Of a stretch of 64,000 nucleotides of DNA, positions 51,298-61,913 are shown piece after piece. Position 1 is the stretch's first letter. Every line of letters starts with the position of its first letter. Location of the stretch: the NCBI GenBank assembly GCA_965217865.1, contig CBDCJO010000002.1:4000001-4064000 (forward strand). The letters are read 5' to 3'. This DNA comes from Candidatus Latescibacterota bacterium. Its GTDB lineage: Bacteria; Latescibacterota; UBA2968; SICM01. Under the pieces are notes generated by a model. That model was not told where the DNA came from. It saw nothing but the letters and a program-made list of their open reading frames with translations, and made no database searches. The position numbers and the translations under genes were made by a program.

Positions 51298-51612
51298 ATG
51301 GTCATTGGTCGGGTTGTTGGCACGGTAGTGGCCACACAGAAAGACAGGGGTCTTACGGGGACAAAGCTTCAGATCATACAGGCGGTTGGCCCCGACTTGA
51401 GTACGAAAGGCGGCTTTGTGGTGGCCGTGGACTCTGTAGGGGCGGGTGAGGGTGAGGTGGTCCTCTACACAACCGGCAGTTCCGCCCGGCAGACGGAACA
51501 AACGGAGGGAAAGCCGGTTGATGCGGTGATCGTAGCCATTGTGGACTCCGTGGATATCGAGGGGAAGACGGTTTACCAAAAAAATCTTGACACAGAATCA
51601 AACGACACATAA
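51298..51612 (+). CDS. BMC-P vertex pentamer (EutN/CcmL)
   Basis: GRVVGTVVATQK, AVDSVGAG.GE, DAVIVAIVD. Confidence 0.95.
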   Translation: MVIGRVVGTVVATQKDRGLTGTKLQIIQAVGPDLSTKGGFVVAVDSVGAGEGEVVLYTTGSSARQTEQTEGKPVDAVIVAIVDSVDIEGKTVYQKNLDTESNDT

Positions 51613-51726
51613 GCCGGGTCCTGCAAAATTCCCAACGCCCCGGTGCATTCCGGTGTTTCTCTTACATCCCCCGTGAGATTCAGGATCGTTTTCCCCCCGT
51701 GTTTTCCGTGGTTTGAACAAAATTCA

Positions 51727-53148
51727 ATGAACGCAAAGATGGACATTGATGAGTCACGCATCCGGTCGATTGTGGAGGAGGTTGTCCGAAACCTGTCGGC
51801 CGATGGTGGGGGGGAACAGGCCGCCTCAGCGGGAGACGGGGTCTTTCAAGACGTAGATGCGGCCGTAGCTGCTGCGGAGAAAGCGCAGATTGAACTGTCC
51901 AGACTGTCCCTCGAACGCCGCAAGGAGATCATCGCGGCGGTCCGGAGGGTCGGACTGAGCAAGGCAGAGGAATTTTCCCGCCGGGCCCACGAGGAAACCG
52001 GGATGGGTAACGTCCCGGACAAGATCAGGAAGCATCAGATCGTCTCCACGCTGACCCCGGGGGTGGAGGATCTCACGCAGACCGCGTGGACCGGGGACCA
52101 CGGCCTTACCGTGGTCGAGATGGCCCCCTATGGTGTCGTCGCTTCCGTCACTCCGTCCACGCATCCGGTCCCGACGATCATCAACAACACGATCAGCCTT
52201 TTGGCCGCCGGGAACTCAGTCGTCTTCAACCCGCATCCTGGGGCCAAACGCGTTTCCGCCTTCGGTGTCGAGCAGATCAACACCGAGATTGTCGGGGCCG
52301 GGGGCCCCCCAAACCTGCTCACGACCGTTGAAGAACCGAGCATCGAAACCGCAAATGCCCTTTTCGAGCATCCCAGGATCGCTTTGATTCTCGTCACCGG
52401 AGGACCCGGTGTCGTCAAGGCGGCCATGCGGGCATCCAAGAAAGCCATCACTGCGGGGCCCGGTAACCCCCCCGTGGTCGTGGACGAAACCGCGGATCTG
52501 GAAAAGGCCGCACGCGATATCATCTCGGGGGCCTCTTTCGACAACAACATCCTCTGCAACGGGGAAAAGGAGACGTTTGTCGTCGAGTCGGCCGCAGAGG
52601 AATTGAAGCGGTTCATGATGCAACACGGGGCCTACGAGCTGAACAAGCCTCAAATCGACGCCCTCGTCGGACACGCCTTTACCAGGGACGAGGGGGAGTT
52701 GCGGGTGAACCGGGAGCTGGTCGGTCGGGATGCCAAGGTCCTGGCTGAACGAATCGGGTTAAACATCGATTCGGGGATCCGGCTGCTGATTGGGGAGACC
52801 GATTTAGAGCATGTCTTTGTCCAAGAGGAGCAGATGATGCCGTTTATGCCGATCGTCCGGGTCCCGGACGTGGGAGCGGCCATCGAGAGCGCGATCGAGG
52901 CAGAGCACGGTTACCGGCATACGTTTATCATCCACTCGCGAAACGTCGAGACGATGACGGTTCTCGGTCAGAGGTGCAACGCGAGCATCTATGTAAAAAA
53001 CGGACCCTCTTATGCGGGATTGGGGGTCGGTGGGGAGGGGTTTACATCGTTTTCAATCGCCGGCCCGACCGGGGAGGGGTGTACCTCCGCGAGGACGTTT
53101 ACCAGAAGCCGGCGATGTGCAATGGTGGACTATCTGAGGATCGTTTAA
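51727..53148 (+). CDS. Acylating aldehyde dehydrogenase (PduP/EutE family) with N-terminal encapsulation peptide
   Basis: GDHGLT, AGNSVVFNPHP, TGGPGVV, AGPGNPP, SFDNNILC, TGEG. Confidence 0.93.
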   Translation: MNAKMDIDESRIRSIVEEVVRNLSADGGGEQAASAGDGVFQDVDAAVAAAEKAQIELSRLSLERRKEIIAAVRRVGLSKAEEFSRRAHEETGMGNVPDKIRKHQIVSTLTPGVEDLTQTAWTGDHGLTVVEMAPYGVVASVTPSTHPVPTIINNTISLLAAGNSVVFNPHPGAKRVSAFGVEQINTEIVGAGGPPNLLTTVEEPSIETANALFEHPRIALILVTGGPGVVKAAMRASKKAITAGPGNPPVVVDETADLEKAARDIISGASFDNNILCNGEKETFVVESAAEELKRFMMQHGAYELNKPQIDALVGHAFTRDEGELRVNRELVGRDAKVLAERIGLNIDSGIRLLIGETDLEHVFVQEEQMMPFMPIVRVPDVGAAIESAIEAEHGYRHTFIIHSRNVETMTVLGQRCNASIYVKNGPSYAGLGVGGEGFTSFSIAGPTGEGCTSARTFTRSRRCAMVDYLRIV

Positions 53149-53149
53149 G

Positions 53150-53413
53150 ATGCATCTCGGGAGGGTACTGGGCACGGTGGTGGCCACCCGGAAGGATCCG
53201 CATTTGAAGGGGGTTAAATTGCTCGTCGTCGAACCCCTCGATCATCACCGTCGGGTGGCGGGCGAACCGTTCGTTGCGGCCGATGTGGTGCGATCCGGAT
53301 GGGGTGAGGTGGTCTTCTGGGTCGGGGCGCGGGAGGCTCCCAAGGCCCTTCCGTCTGGATACGGACCGATAGACGCAGCCATCGTCGGGATTGTCGATCG
53401 GGTGGACGTGTGA
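53150..53413 (+). CDS. BMC-P vertex pentamer (EutN/CcmL)
   Basis: GRVLGTVVATRK, DAAIVGIVD. Confidence 0.92.
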   Translation: MHLGRVLGTVVATRKDPHLKGVKLLVVEPLDHHRRVAGEPFVAADVVRSGWGEVVFWVGAREAPKALPSGYGPIDAAIVGIVDRVDV

Positions 53414-53466
53414 CTTTGAACCGGACCCTCTTTTTTTTGAGTTGGTCTACATTTCCGGATCTTATT

Positions 53467-53742
53467 ATGCTACTCGCACAGGTCCTGGGGAGCGTCGTCT
53501 CGACGGTCAAGCACCCCGCATATGGGGGAAAAAAGCTGATGGTGGTCCAGCCCTCCAAGCCCTCCGGAGAACCCGATGGGAGTTCGATGCTCGCGGTGGA
53601 TACGGTCGGAGCGGGGGCGGGGGAGACGGTGCTGATCCTGAGGGAGGGGACGTCCGCGGGGAACATTCTGAGGCTTAAGGACCCCCCGATCCGGTCTCTG
53701 ATCGTCGGGATCGTGGACACCATCGAAGGGGGAGAAGGTTGA
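53467..53742 (+). CDS. BMC-P vertex pentamer (EutN/CcmL)
   Basis: VLGSVVSTVKH, AVDTVGAG.GE, IVGIVD. Confidence 0.92.
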   Translation: MLLAQVLGSVVSTVKHPAYGGKKLMVVQPSKPSGEPDGSSMLAVDTVGAGAGETVLILREGTSAGNILRLKDPPIRSLIVGIVDTIEGGEG

Positions 53743-53745
53743 TTG

Positions 53746-54531
53746 ATGGAATCGGCCTATCTGATTAAACGCCGGATCGTCGAGGTTGGACAGCGGATCT
53801 ATCAAAACGGTTACGTGGTTTCCTCCGACGGGAACATTAGCGTCCGGGTTTCGGAGGATCGCCTCTGGGCAACGCCAGCGGGTCTCTGCAAGGGGATGCT
53901 CAACGAGGATCAGATCGCCTTATGCGACATGGACGGGGGCAAGGTGTCCGGATCGCTCAACCCCTCCTCCGAGATCGGCATGCACCTGATGCTTTATCGG
54001 GAGCGACCGGATATCGGCGCGGTTGTCCACGCGCACCCGCCGACAGCAACCGGATTTTCGGTGGCCGGGATACCCCTGACCCCCTGCGTCCTCCCCGAGG
54101 TCGTCGTCACGTTGGGGGAGATTCCCCTGGCTCCCTACGGCACGCCCGGAACCCCGGAGATTTCGGAACCCATCCGGCAATTCGTAAAGGATCACGACGC
54201 ATTTCTCCTGCAGAATCACGGGGCCACCACGATCGGTCCAGACCTGATGGACGCCTATTTCAAGATGGAAACCCTTGAACATTTTGCCAAAATCGTCTTA
54301 GTCGCCCATCAATTGGGCGGTGTCGGCGCTTTGGGCAGCGCCGATGTCCAGAAACTGATGGACATCCGGGATCGACTCGGAATCCGGGGGGATTTCCCGG
54401 TCTGTGACACGAGAGAGGTGTTGAAGAAATCGGCATCCGGGGGAGAAGAAATCAGGCCGAAGACCGGCCAAGACGATGCCTTGATCGAGAACGTTGTCAG
54501 GCGGGTGATGGAGGAGTTGAAACAGGGTTAA
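53746..54531 (+). CDS. Class II aldolase (L-fuculose/rhamnulose-phosphate aldolase-like) with C-terminal encapsulation peptide
   Basis: DGNISVR, PSSE..MH, VHAHP, QNHG; tail LIENVVRRVMEEL. Confidence 0.92.
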   Translation: MESAYLIKRRIVEVGQRIYQNGYVVSSDGNISVRVSEDRLWATPAGLCKGMLNEDQIALCDMDGGKVSGSLNPSSEIGMHLMLYRERPDIGAVVHAHPPTATGFSVAGIPLTPCVLPEVVVTLGEIPLAPYGTPGTPEISEPIRQFVKDHDAFLLQNHGATTIGPDLMDAYFKMETLEHFAKIVLVAHQLGGVGALGSADVQKLMDIRDRLGIRGDFPVCDTREVLKKSASGGEEIRPKTGQDDALIENVVRRVMEELKQG

Positions 54532-54585
54532 GACAAGGGACCATCGTCAAGAGATGCCGGGATAGCGTCATTCGCGATCTGCTTT

Positions 54586-55806
54586 ATGAATGTCCTTGTT
54601 GCGAACGTCGGTAGCACTTCGCTCAAGTATAAGTTGTTCGACATGCCGTCCGAGCGGGTGATTGCCCGGGGACGGATTGAACGGATCGGGGAACGCTCGT
54701 CAGGTTTTGAACACCTTTTGGATGGTAGGGATAAGGTCCAGGGTCAAAAAGCGTTCCCGGATTACGGGTCAGCAGTAAGAGATGTGGTGGATGTCCTTAC
54801 CGGCGAAGGAGGACCTCTCCGGACGTTGAAGGGCCTGGCCGCCGTGGGTTTTAAGACGGTCCACCTGCGAGGCGAACCAGGATCCTACCGCATCACGGAC
54901 GATATTTTGGACCGTATGGCGGATTATAACGATCTTGCCCCTGCGCATAATCCGCCATATATCCGCGCGATTCGGATATTCCAGGAGATCGCCCCGGAGG
55001 TTCCGCTGGTCGGTGTTTTTGAGCCGGCGTTCCACGACTCTATACCGGACTATGCGTTTACATATGGCGTCCCCCACAGGTGGTACGAACGCCACGGTGT
55101 TCGAAAATACGGTTTTCACGGGGCGTCGCATCGTTATATCGCGGAGCGGATTCCGCAGCTTTTGGGCGTTCCAGGAACGGGACTCAGGATCGTTTCCTGC
55201 CATCTGGGCGGAAGCTCCTCGATCTGCGCCATTCGAAACGGCCGATCGATCGATACGAGCATGGGGTTCTCACCCCAAGACGGGTTGTTGAATGCCACCC
55301 GCAACGGTTCGGTGGATGCCTTCGCCATCCTCCACGTGATGGATCGGGAGGGGCTCTCGACAACATCCGTTCGGAAAATGCTCACTCAGGAAGGGGGTCT
55401 TTTCGGTATCTCCGGAGTAAGCGGGGATGTCCGGGACATCCAGAAGGCCGCCAAGGACGGGGATGGCAGGGCGCGACTGGCCATTGAGACGTTCTGTTAC
55501 GGGGTAAAGAAGACCATCGGCGCTTATTCGGCCTCGCTGGGCGGCCTGGATGTCGTTGTATTCACGGGGGGGATCGGAGAGCGCGGAATCGCGATTCGCA
55601 GTCGGGTCTGCGAGGGGTTGGGGTATCTGGGGATTCGAATCGATGAGGAAAAAAACAGGAGTGGACCTCCCGACCGAATGATATCCGTAGAGGGAGAGCC
55701 CGCCAAGGTGTTCATTATCCGGTCGGACGAAGAAGTTGTCGTCGCCCGGGCAACGATTGAGGTATTACGCGATGAATCCGAAGAGGATCCTTCTGGCCGA
55801 CGATGA
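54586..55806 (+). CDS. ackA: Acetate/propionate kinase
   Basis: NVGSTSLK, APAHN, YGFHGASH, CHLG, TSMG, FTGGIGE. Confidence 0.93.
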   Translation: MNVLVANVGSTSLKYKLFDMPSERVIARGRIERIGERSSGFEHLLDGRDKVQGQKAFPDYGSAVRDVVDVLTGEGGPLRTLKGLAAVGFKTVHLRGEPGSYRITDDILDRMADYNDLAPAHNPPYIRAIRIFQEIAPEVPLVGVFEPAFHDSIPDYAFTYGVPHRWYERHGVRKYGFHGASHRYIAERIPQLLGVPGTGLRIVSCHLGGSSSICAIRNGRSIDTSMGFSPQDGLLNATRNGSVDAFAILHVMDREGLSTTSVRKMLTQEGGLFGISGVSGDVRDIQKAAKDGDGRARLAIETFCYGVKKTIGAYSASLGGLDVVVFTGGIGERGIAIRSRVCEGLGYLGIRIDEEKNRSGPPDRMISVEGEPAKVFIIRSDEEVVVARATIEVLRDESEEDPSGRR

Positions 55807-56143
55807 TCCGTTCATACTGGACCTCTACCGGACCGCCCTAGAAGGTTATCATTACGAGATAGAGACGGCGATGGACGGCCGGGAAGCCCTTCGCGCAGCG
55901 ACGTCCAAGCCCTACGACCTGGTGATCATGGATATCGTCATGCCTCATATGAACGGTATCGAAAGCATTCAGGAGATCCGTAAAAAAAGTCCTGAGTTAC
56001 CGATCATCGTCATCACGAGTTTCCACGATCAGTTCACGGAGATGCTTGAAGATCTGAATGTACAATGCGTTCTGATCAAGCCGGTCATGATCACGCAGCT
56101 CGTTCAGTCCGTGCAGGAAGTCATCCGGGGCAACGAAAAGTAG
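55772..56143 (+). CDS. Single-domain response regulator (CheY-like)
   Basis: ILLADDD, DIVMPHMNG, ITS, KP. Confidence 0.88.
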   Translation: MNPKRILLADDDPFILDLYRTALEGYHYEIETAMDGREALRAATSKPYDLVIMDIVMPHMNGIESIQEIRKKSPELPIIVITSFHDQFTEMLEDLNVQCVLIKPVMITQLVQSVQEVIRGNEK

Positions 56144-56230
56144 CTAGGTCTCCACGCACGAACCCATTCCCCGCTTTCGAATCAGAGTTGATGGATTCCC
56201 GGTCCCCCCTCCCGGGTGGAGGGTTGGACC

Positions 56231-57136
56231 TTACCCCCCCTTTCGCGGTACGATCTGCACATCCGCCATCTTTTCCACCGCCTTGCAAACAGCCGAAAAG
56301 TCCTCCCTTCCGACCCCCATGGTCGTCCCGGCGGCGTAGTCCTGGTAGGCCGCCGCCCCAACTGGCAAGGGGACACTCAAGGCCTTCCCGATCTCAAGGG
56401 CCAACCCCACGTCCTTTTTCATCAGGTCCAGCATGAACCCCGGTTCGAAGTGATCCTTCAGGAGGAAATCTCCAACCCGAGCCTGGAAGAGGGTGGAGTT
56501 CCCTGTGCTGACCCCGATCACCTGTTTCAGTACTTCAGGATCGGCCCCGGCCTTTACCCCCATGACGAAGGCCTCTGATATGACCGCCATGGTCGTGCCC
56601 CCGATGAGCTGGTTGGCTATCTTGACGACCTGCCCGATCCCCAAACCTCCGACGTGAAAGATATTTTTTCCCATCGCCTCGAAAACGGGCCGACAGCGGT
56701 CAAAAGTCTCTTTCTTGCCTCCGGCGATTATGGTCAGGGTCCCTGCCTTGGCCCCGGTATCACCCCCGCTGACCGGGGCGTCCATGACTTCAACACCTTT
56801 CTCGTGTGCGAGCCCTGCGACCTCCTGGATCGTCATAGGTGAGATTGTGCTCATGTCGACCACGATCCCCCCTGCCTGCATCCCCTCCAGCACCCCCTCC
56901 GGGCCAAGAATGACCGCCCGGACCTCAGGGTCTGAGGTGACGATCGTGATGACCAGCTCCACCTCCGCTGCGACTTCCCGGGGGGAATCGACAGATCGTG
57001 CCCCGAGGGCGCGCACTGCGTCGGCCGGCTCCGGCCTCCGCGCAAAAACAGTGAGGTCGAATCCCGCCTTGAGGAGATTTTTCGCCATCGGCAGACCCAT
57101 TGTTCCGAGACCGATGAAGCCGACTTTGATCGACAT
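56231..57136 (-). CDS. NAD(P)-dependent beta-hydroxyacid dehydrogenase (2-hydroxy-3-oxopropionate reductase-like)
   Basis: GFIGLGTMG, DMSTI, DAPVSGG, K..NQ, KD. Confidence 0.9.
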   Translation of the reverse strand: MSIKVGFIGLGTMGLPMAKNLLKAGFDLTVFARRPEPADAVRALGARSVDSPREVAAEVELVITIVTSDPEVRAVILGPEGVLEGMQAGGIVVDMSTISPMTIQEVAGLAHEKGVEVMDAPVSGGDTGAKAGTLTIIAGGKKETFDRCRPVFEAMGKNIFHVGGLGIGQVVKIANQLIGGTTMAVISEAFVMGVKAGADPEVLKQVIGVSTGNSTLFQARVGDFLLKDHFEPGFMLDLMKKDVGLALEIGKALSVPLPVGAAAYQDYAAGTTMGVGREDFSAVCKAVEKMADVQIVPRKGG

Positions 57137-57324
57137 TTTATCCTCCTTTTATCGAATTCTTCCCAAGCCTTCAATCCTCAACCCCCGAACGGGGACTCCC
57201 TCGGTATCTTCCTTATAAAAAGGCGATTGAGGGACCTAAATTAGGCGGCGAGACCCTATTTGTCAACCCTTTCCTGGAAGATATGGAGGCGTTGTCGCCC
57301 CCCTGACCCTTGATGAAACTCTCC

Positions 57325-57353
57325 TTGACAAAGGCTACCTTTGGGGGTATACT
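57325..57353 (+). promoter_or_regulatory. Sigma70 promoter of ptsH-ptsI
   Basis: TTGACA-17 bp-TATACT. Confidence 0.8.
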
Positions 57354-57454
57354 CATGGATTCATTCCTGCAAGTTTCAGATTTCAAGCAAGTTGTGCTTC
57401 ATTTTGACCTGGGATTTGGCGAGCTTCGGATGGCTTGTCCGGGGTGTTTTACCT

Positions 57455-57733
57455 ATGGTCAATCGAACGGCCATCATCAAAAACCCCCTGGGTATCCACG
57501 CCCGACCTGCCGCGTTGATTGTCCAGGCCGCGGCGAAGTTTCGTTCCGAAATCACCCTTTTGAAGGATGGCTTGGAGGTCAATGGCAAGAGCATCATGGG
57601 GGTCATGATGCTGGCCGCCGAGCCTGAATCAGAGGTTGTGGTGAAGGCGGATGGCGAGGATGAAGTCCAGGCGGTGGAAGAGTTGGTTCGGGTGATTGAG
57701 AGTCACTTTGATTCAGCGGAAACCTCCAGCTGA
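57455..57733 (+). CDS. ptsH: Phosphocarrier protein HPr
   Basis: GIHARPA, NGKSIMG. Confidence 0.95.
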   Translation: MVNRTAIIKNPLGIHARPAALIVQAAAKFRSEITLLKDGLEVNGKSIMGVMMLAAEPESEVVVKADGEDEVQAVEELVRVIESHFDSAETSS

Positions 57734-57770
57734 ATCCCTTGAATCCCCTCCGGATTTCGTAAGGTGTCCC

Positions 57771-59546
57771 ATGCTCAAAGGTATCCCCGCATCCCCCGGA
57801 ATAGGCATCGGAAAGGCATTCACCCACGAGCGGGGGGACGTCTGGTTCGATTGGAGAGATCTGGCCGAGGGAGAAATCGAGTCTGAGGTCGGGCGGTTCG
57901 AAAAAGCCCTTCAGGACGTGGCCGGGGACATCGAAAAGACCCGCGAAGGTCTGAAGACACAGCTGGGCCCCGATGAGCTGCGGATTTTCGATGCGCTCCA
58001 GATGATCACCCGGGACCCGATGCTTGTCGAAGCGACCCTTTCCCGCATCCGAAAAAACCGAACCAATGCCGAGTACGCGTTTTACCAGACCCTTCGGGAC
58101 ATCAAACACCGATTTGACGCGATCGAAGACGAGAATTTTAAAGCCAGGGGAGCGGATATCCTGGACATTGAGAACCGTGTGCTTTCCAGGCTGCGCGGGG
58201 AGGAATGGGGTGCTCTTGGGAACCTTAGCGCGGAGGCCGTGGTTGTCGCCCACACATTGACGCCGTCCGACACCGCGCATATGAAACGCGATCGTGTTCT
58301 CGGTTTCGTCACTGAAATGGGGGGAAGCACCTCCCACGCCGCGATCATCGCCCGGAGTTTAGAGATCCCCGCCGTGGTGGGGGTCGAGACGGCCACGGCG
58401 ACGATCGAACCGGGCGACCTGGTGATCGTGGACGGGATCCGTGGGCTGGTCGAAATCAACCCGGATGCCGAGACACTCGAGAAGTATCGGGCCCTCCGCA
58501 TCGAGTATAAAGAGCGTACCCGGACGACTCTGAAAGAACTTCCGTCGGAAACCGTAGACGGCGTCCGTGTGGAGCTTGCAGCGAACGTCGAACTGCAGGA
58601 AGAAGTGGAGATGGTCCTGCGGTACGGCGCCGAAGGCATCGGCCTGTATCGCACGGAATTCATGTATCTGACCAGGCCTTCCCTCCCGACGGAGAAAGAG
58701 CAGTTGCAGGCCTACCGGTGGATCACCGAGCGGATTTCCCCTCGGCCCGTGGTGATTCGGACATTGGACCTGGGAGGGGATAAAATCTCCAAGGATTTAA
58801 GCGTCCAGGAGGAGATGAATCCCTTCTTGGGATGGCGGGCGATCCGGGTTTGTCTTGAACATCGGGATATTTTCCGCACGCAGTTGAAAGCCATTTTGCG
58901 AGCGAGCGCTTTTGGGAACGTCCGCCTCATGTTTCCGATGATCTCCGGAGTCGAAGAGATCGTGAAGGCCAAAGAGATTCTGGAGGAAGCCCGGTGTGAA
59001 TTGAGGGCCCAGGGGATTTCATTCGACGAAAACTGTCCGGTCGGGGTCATGATCGAAGTGCCTTCCGCTGCCCTCGTTGCCGATCGGATCGCCGAAGAGG
59101 TGGCGTTTTTCAGCATCGGCACGAACGATCTTGTCCAATACACCGTTGCGGTGGACCGGGGCAATGATCATGTTGCGTACCTTTTCGACCCCCTTAATCT
59201 GGGGGTCCTTCGTCTGATCAAGGGAATTATCGAGGCCGGCCGCCAGAAGGAAATTCCCGTGAGTCTGTGCGGCGAGATGTGCGGGGAACCCCTATCCGCC
59301 CTGCTTTTGATCGGGCTTGGCCTCAAAAGCTTCAGCATGACGCCCAGTGCCATACCCGATGTGAAGCGTGCCATCCGTTCCGTAAGCGTTGCAAAAGCCC
59401 GTTCGGTTGCGGAAGAAGCCATGTCGTTCGACACCCCGAGTCAGGTCAGGGGATTTCTCCACGAAGCCTTCAAGGGTCTTCTGGATGACGAGGAGGAGGT
59501 TTTAACTCCAGCCGGAGGCGGAGGGGTGCCAACCGATGTCGGGTAA
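57771..59546 (+). CDS. ptsI: PTS enzyme I
   Basis: GIPASPG, TSHAAI, GIGLYRTE, NPFLGWRAIR, SIGTNDL, CGE. Confidence 0.95.
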   Translation: MLKGIPASPGIGIGKAFTHERGDVWFDWRDLAEGEIESEVGRFEKALQDVAGDIEKTREGLKTQLGPDELRIFDALQMITRDPMLVEATLSRIRKNRTNAEYAFYQTLRDIKHRFDAIEDENFKARGADILDIENRVLSRLRGEEWGALGNLSAEAVVVAHTLTPSDTAHMKRDRVLGFVTEMGGSTSHAAIIARSLEIPAVVGVETATATIEPGDLVIVDGIRGLVEINPDAETLEKYRALRIEYKERTRTTLKELPSETVDGVRVELAANVELQEEVEMVLRYGAEGIGLYRTEFMYLTRPSLPTEKEQLQAYRWITERISPRPVVIRTLDLGGDKISKDLSVQEEMNPFLGWRAIRVCLEHRDIFRTQLKAILRASAFGNVRLMFPMISGVEEIVKAKEILEEARCELRAQGISFDENCPVGVMIEVPSAALVADRIAEEVAFFSIGTNDLVQYTVAVDRGNDHVAYLFDPLNLGVLRLIKGIIEAGRQKEIPVSLCGEMCGEPLSALLLIGLGLKSFSMTPSAIPDVKRAIRSVSVAKARSVAEEAMSFDTPSQVRGFLHEAFKGLLDDEEEVLTPAGGGGVPTDVG

Positions 59547-60549
59547 GGATTCCCCCATCCCGCGCGACACCTGGGCGGTGATTCCAGCTGCCGGGGTGGG
59601 AACGCGACTTCGACCTCACACCTACACCACCCCCAAAGCGCTCCTGCACGTGGCGGGAAAGCCCATCATCGGTCACATCCTGGATCGGGTTTCGGAGGCG
59701 GGAATAGAACGCGTCGTTTTGATCGTCGGGACCACCGGAGATCCGATCGTGGAATATGTCGAACGCGCCCATCGGTTCAAAGAGGTGATCCCCCAGGTTC
59801 AAGTGGAGCGCAAAGGACTGGGGCACGCCATCCGGCTGGCCCGGGAACCTGTCGCGGGATCACCGGCCCTGACAATATATGGCGACACGATTATCGAGGG
59901 GGATCTCTCCTCGGTTTTCGGGTGGGATGCCGACGGGGTGATCGGTGTCAAACCCGTCGAAAACCCCTCCCGGTTCGGAGTTGTCTGCGTAGAGGGGGAT
60001 CGAATCGTAAAGCTAGTAGAGAAACCGACGACCTACGTGTCGGACCTGGCGATTACCGGGGTCAACTTCTTCCGGAATACCGGTCTGTTGTTCGAATGTC
60101 TGGATGAGCTGGTCGATAAGGACATCACCACCCGGGGGGAATATCAGGCGACGGACGCATTTTCTCTGATGATCCGGCGGGGCGGACGGTTGAAGTCCTT
60201 TCCCGTAGAGGCCTGGTTTGACTGCGGCGAGCCCGAAACCCTTCTCGATACCAACCGGCACCTCCTCTCCAGGCTGACCTCACCCGACCTGGGCGGGAAG
60301 GCCACCGTCGTTTCACCGTCCTTCATCTCTCACGACGCTCGCGTTGAAAATTCAGTGATCGGCCCCTTTGCCTCGATCGCTGAGGGTGCAACGGTCGAGA
60401 ACGCGATTGTGAAGGATTCGATCGTCGGCGTCAAGGCGACGGTTCGGGATTGCCTTTTGGACAGGTCCCTCGTCGGCAACGGTGCCGTGGTGCTGGGAAG
60501 GGCTCAACGTCTCAACGTGGGGGATTCGTCCCAGATCAGTTTGAATTAG
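59536..60549 (+). CDS. Sugar-phosphate nucleotidyltransferase (glucose-1-P thymidylyltransferase-like)
   Basis: PAAGVGTRLRP, PK, VEKP, WFDCG, and a hexapeptide-repeat tail. Confidence 0.9.
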   Translation: MSGKDSPIPRDTWAVIPAAGVGTRLRPHTYTTPKALLHVAGKPIIGHILDRVSEAGIERVVLIVGTTGDPIVEYVERAHRFKEVIPQVQVERKGLGHAIRLAREPVAGSPALTIYGDTIIEGDLSSVFGWDADGVIGVKPVENPSRFGVVCVEGDRIVKLVEKPTTYVSDLAITGVNFFRNTGLLFECLDELVDKDITTRGEYQATDAFSLMIRRGGRLKSFPVEAWFDCGEPETLLDTNRHLLSRLTSPDLGGKATVVSPSFISHDARVENSVIGPFASIAEGATVENAIVKDSIVGVKATVRDCLLDRSLVGNGAVVLGRAQRLNVGDSSQISLN

Positions 60550-60675
60550 ATCGGATTGACAACGCTTACGTGATGTGCGATTGAACAATGAAGTTGCTTG
60601 AAGCACGGATGCCGCTTGGAGCCTTCACATTCCGACCACCGGCTCTATACCTCCTCCATTCCGTAAGGAGCCATT

Positions 60676-61845
60676 ATGGCCAGGACACGACTTTTCACCT
60701 CCGAGTCCGTTTCCGAGGGACACCCCGATAAGATCGCCGATCAGATATCCGATGCCGTTCTGGATGCCCTGATCGTCCAGGATCCCAAGTCCAGGGTTGC
60801 TTGTGAGACTCTTGTGACGACCGGACTGGTCGTTGTAGCAGGCGAGATCACCAGCAAAGGGGCCGTAAACATTCCGGAGATTGTCCGGGAGACCATTCAA
60901 GAGATCGGCTACACGGACTCCGAGTACGGATTTGACTACAGATCGTGCGCCGTCATTCAGGCCATCGACCGCCAGTCCCCGGACATCTCCCAAGGGGTAA
61001 GCGAAGGGACGGGGCTTCACGCCGAACAGGGAGCGGGCGACCAGGGCATGATGTTCGGCTATGCCTGCCGCGAAACCCCCGAACTAATGCCTCTTCCGAT
61101 TATGCTCGCTCACAAGATCGTCATGAGGTTGACAGCGGTCCGAAAAAATCGCCTCCTGGCCTACCTGCGGCCGGATGGGAAGTCTCAGGTGACGGTCGAG
61201 TATGACGAGAGGGGGATCCCGATCCGGGTTCACACCGTGGTGGTGTCCACCCAGCACGACCCCAAGGTGTCTCACAAACGAATTTCTTCAGATGTCATAA
61301 AGGAAGTGGTTAAACACGTCATTCCAGCGGAGTATCTGGATCGGAAGACGATCTATCACATCAATCCGACAGGCCGGTTCGTCGTAGGCGGACCCCACGG
61401 AGACACCGGGTTGACAGGCAGAAAGATCATCGTGGACACCTATGGAGGGATGGGCCGGCATGGAGGTGGGGCATTTTCGGGAAAGGATCCAAGCAAGGTG
61501 GACCGAAGCGCCAATTATGAAGCAAGGCACATTGCCAAGAACATCGTGGCGGCCAGGCTTGCACAGCGTTGTGAAGTGCAGCTCGCGTATGCCATCGGGG
61601 TGCCCGAACCCGTTTCGATCCACGTCGATACGTTCGGGACAGGCGAGATCGATCACGATCGGATCGCCGAACTGATCCGGATGAACTTTTCGCTGACCCC
61701 CAAGGGAATCGTCAATTACCTTAAACTCGAGCGTCCTGTTTACAAAAAGACCGCAGCCTATGGACACTTCGGCCGAAGCATATTTTCGTGGGAAAAGACA
61801 GAAAAGGCCGCGGCCTTAAAAAGGGGTAAACCGGCACGGCCATAG
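60676..61845 (+). CDS. metK: S-adenosylmethionine synthetase
   Basis: [28 protein letters not shown]. Confidence 0.98.
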   Translation: MARTRLFTSESVSEGHPDKIADQISDAVLDALIVQDPKSRVACETLVTTGLVVVAGEITSKGAVNIPEIVRETIQEIGYTDSEYGFDYRSCAVIQAIDRQSPDISQGVSEGTGLHAEQGAGDQGMMFGYACRETPELMPLPIMLAHKIVMRLTAVRKNRLLAYLRPDGKSQVTVEYDERGIPIRVHTVVVSTQHDPKVSHKRISSDVIKEVVKHVIPAEYLDRKTIYHINPTGRFVVGGPHGDTGLTGRKIIVDTYGGMGRHGGGAFSGKDPSKVDRSANYEARHIAKNIVAARLAQRCEVQLAYAIGVPEPVSIHVDTFGTGEIDHDRIAELIRMNFSLTPKGIVNYLKLERPVYKKTAAYGHFGRSIFSWEKTEKAAALKRGKPARP

Positions 61846-61913
61846 GCTTGATAGGTCGGGCGGACATAAGCCCGCCTAATATTACCGGATTGTTCACTCT
61901 CAGAAAGGATGCT

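Noticed and set aside
60550-60675. SAM riboswitch upstream of metK
   Set aside because: I could not find SAM-I/II consensus elements by eye; an Rfam/Infernal scan would settle it.
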